The position numbers were made by a program, and so were the translations under genes. 64,000 bases of DNA from the human T2T-CHM13v2.0 reference genome, Homo sapiens, in NCBI RefSeq assembly GCF_009914755.1, contig NC_060925.1. The stretch is one strand, 5' to 3'. Under the pieces are notes generated by a model. That model ran no database searches. It saw only the letters and a program-made list of their open reading frames with translations, and was not told the origin of the DNA. Shown here one piece after another: positions 61,875 to 64,000 of the stretch. Each line of letters opens with the position of its first letter. The stretch's first letter is position 1.

Positions 61875-63589
61875 TGCCTCAAGAGGGCAGTATGTATGTA
61901 TGCGTATGTGTGCATATGCCTATGTTTCAGTTATTGTGTATGAGGGGTGTGTTTGTGTGATACTTGACAGTTTGCGTTGTGTGTATATCACATGGAATTA
62001 GTATGGGCATTTGCTGCCATGCTTTCCGGTTCTGTTCTCAGAGGTGGTGAAAGAGTGCAGATTTGTCCCAATGTTTGGGTGCTGCACTCAAAGATGGTTA
62101 GAACGTGGGAGAGGACGTGCAACTTCAGTTTAGTGGAGGGTAATGTGGTGGCAGGGTTTGGGCATGTAGGAAGGCTTTTAACTTATTTTTTTCCCATGTC
62201 AGGTTTCTATTGCACAAAAGGGTACAGGATTGAATTTTTTACCGGCTGGGAGTTATATTCCTGTGGAATGGGGAAACTCAGTGTGGATCCATATCGAACT
62301 TCTCAAACAATCTAATGCGGATGTAAATCCAGGTTTGGGGGTATCATTTTTACAAAGCAGTGTCTTTTTTCAGGGTATGTGCTGGTCTTTTTGTATTTTT
62401 TCTCTTTTCTAGCTTCCTGCTTTAAACCTCATCCTTTTTTCTTAAGCTTGGGGCTAGCTGCGTATTGCATGAGGGATATGTGAATGTTGCACTTGGGGAG
62501 GGGGTGGTAGGGACAACTCATGAACATCTGCTAATGAAATATGTCACTCAGTATGTGCACAATATCAAGAAGACTGTGTGTCACTTGGCAGATCTTTGAG
62601 TGTAAGGCAGCTCCGTCTGGATTAAGAATTATTTGTGTGTGGGGGGGGTGGCTATATGAAGACTGGGACTTCAGATAGGCATTCCTACGTTTCTGAGTGA
62701 TGAATGGGGCGGGGGGGCACACACCATGCAAAACCTGGCCCTGTGTTAGAGGTTGTCTCAACTTAATGGTAGCTCTGTGCACACAAGTATAAGGGCTTAT
62801 GTGTACGTGTGTTTACCAGCTCTGTCCCTCCCGCTTTGTGTGATGTATGAATGAAAGAGAATTCATTAGGAGGCATTGGGAAGAAACCCTGTCTTTTAAA
62901 TTCTTGCCTTTCATTCACATTTATAGCTGAGGGTTTTTAAAGTATAGAGGTCTTATTTGTCCATAAAAAGATGATTACCAAAAGAATATTTTATTTTCTG
63001 TTTTTAAAGCAAGCTGCTTCCTGGATGACTGAAATCCACATTGGCATCTCCCAGCAGCGGCTTGAAACACTGCCCACGTGGCCCATGTGCCTCTGGTAGC
63101 ACTATCCCAGCCTCCGTCTGCTCCCAGGAAGAAAGGGCCAGGCTAAAAGGCTGGGAGACATTGGATGTTAGGCAGTTGCTTGTAGCTCTGACACCATGAA
63201 AGGAATTCCTAGCACTGGATGTGTAAAGTTACCTTTTAGGTTTGCCCAAATGGCACCAGGGCAACCCCAGAGATGGGCTGAAGAGAACCACCCACTTGGC
63301 ATTGATCACTTTCCCCATTCCTGCTGTTGCCCATCCTCATTTCCTTCAGGAGCTGGGTTGTCCACCCAGAATGTCTGAAAGATACCCTTGCTCTTGGCCC
63401 CCCACCTCCTCAAAACAGTCCAGGGAGGAGGAGGTCTCCTTCCCTCTCTCTGCTATAGTACGGGGGGGGGGGGTGCTCCTGCCCAGGCTTCCTACCCTGT
63501 GCTCCTTCCAGGGCATGTCTTGAGTGTTTAACAAGCAATGATTCAGAAACCTGTGGCTTTAGTTTATTTACATTTTCATATATCTACTT

Positions 63590-63960
63590 TTTAAGTTCAT
63601 TCCAAATGGTAGATTCTGGAGATACGGCAATGAAGAAGGCACTCTTTTTGCCCTTAGTGAGCTCACACGCTAGTCAAAGTGCCAACAAATAAAAAGGCAG
63701 TTATAGTACTATACAGTGAGATAAGATCCAATAGGGGTTAACCCAGGACACTATGGGAGCTTCTAAGAGGGGCACTAGCCCTGTTTTGGGGAGCAGGGAG
63801 GTTTATTAGAAGAGCTGATGTCTGATCAGTAATCTAAAGGGTGAAGGGGAATTATCTGGGTAAAGGGAGGTAATGGGATGCTTTCCAGCAAGGGGGAATG
63901 AAGTATTTGTTAGAAACATAACTGCTTCACAGGTGAAACCTCATGGCAAATGGTATTCAT
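63590..63960 (-). mobile_element. L2 fragment
   Basis: ttgcccttagtgagctcacacgctagt...tatacagtgagataag...ctatgggagc...gaagagctgatgtctga. Confidence 0.6.
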
Positions 63961-64000
63961 GAGAGATAAAAAATGAGGGGTTCGGGGGGAGAGAGAGAGA

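Overview
Primate (catarrhine, probably ape/human) genomic DNA with no recognisable host protein-coding gene, RNA gene or CRISPR array. It is dominated by transposable elements. The window opens inside a defective HERV-K11/HML-8 provirus (pol RNase H and integrase, env, polypurine tract, complete MER11 3' LTR; 1-4665). It also holds a 5'-truncated L1PA6/7-like element (minus strand, 15401-20261) and a full-length but dead L1PA4-like element (plus strand, 25287-31422), both with clear TSDs. Other repeats are several Alus, older L1M/L2/MIR/L3 fragments, MaLR/ERVL solo LTRs and DNA-transposon MITEs (MER82, MER85, Tigger4b). Nearly all long ORFs in the track are ERV/L1 remnants or repeat artefacts. 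I found no evidence for a new multi-gene system. The most notable observations are: (1) a 33-bp insert in an Alu, flanked by a 10-bp duplication, that matches a site 3.5 kb away; (2) a candidate 27-nt microexon that joins in frame to a 229-nt exon; (3) a head-to-head MLT1 fold-back; (4) an old-repeat-inside-younger-repeat insertion that looks retroposed; (5) an open Env TM reading frame; (6) an RFX X-box element. Repeat family and subfamily names come from my recall of consensus sequences and were not computed, so RepeatMasker/Dfam should confirm them. Boundaries of old repeats are approximate.
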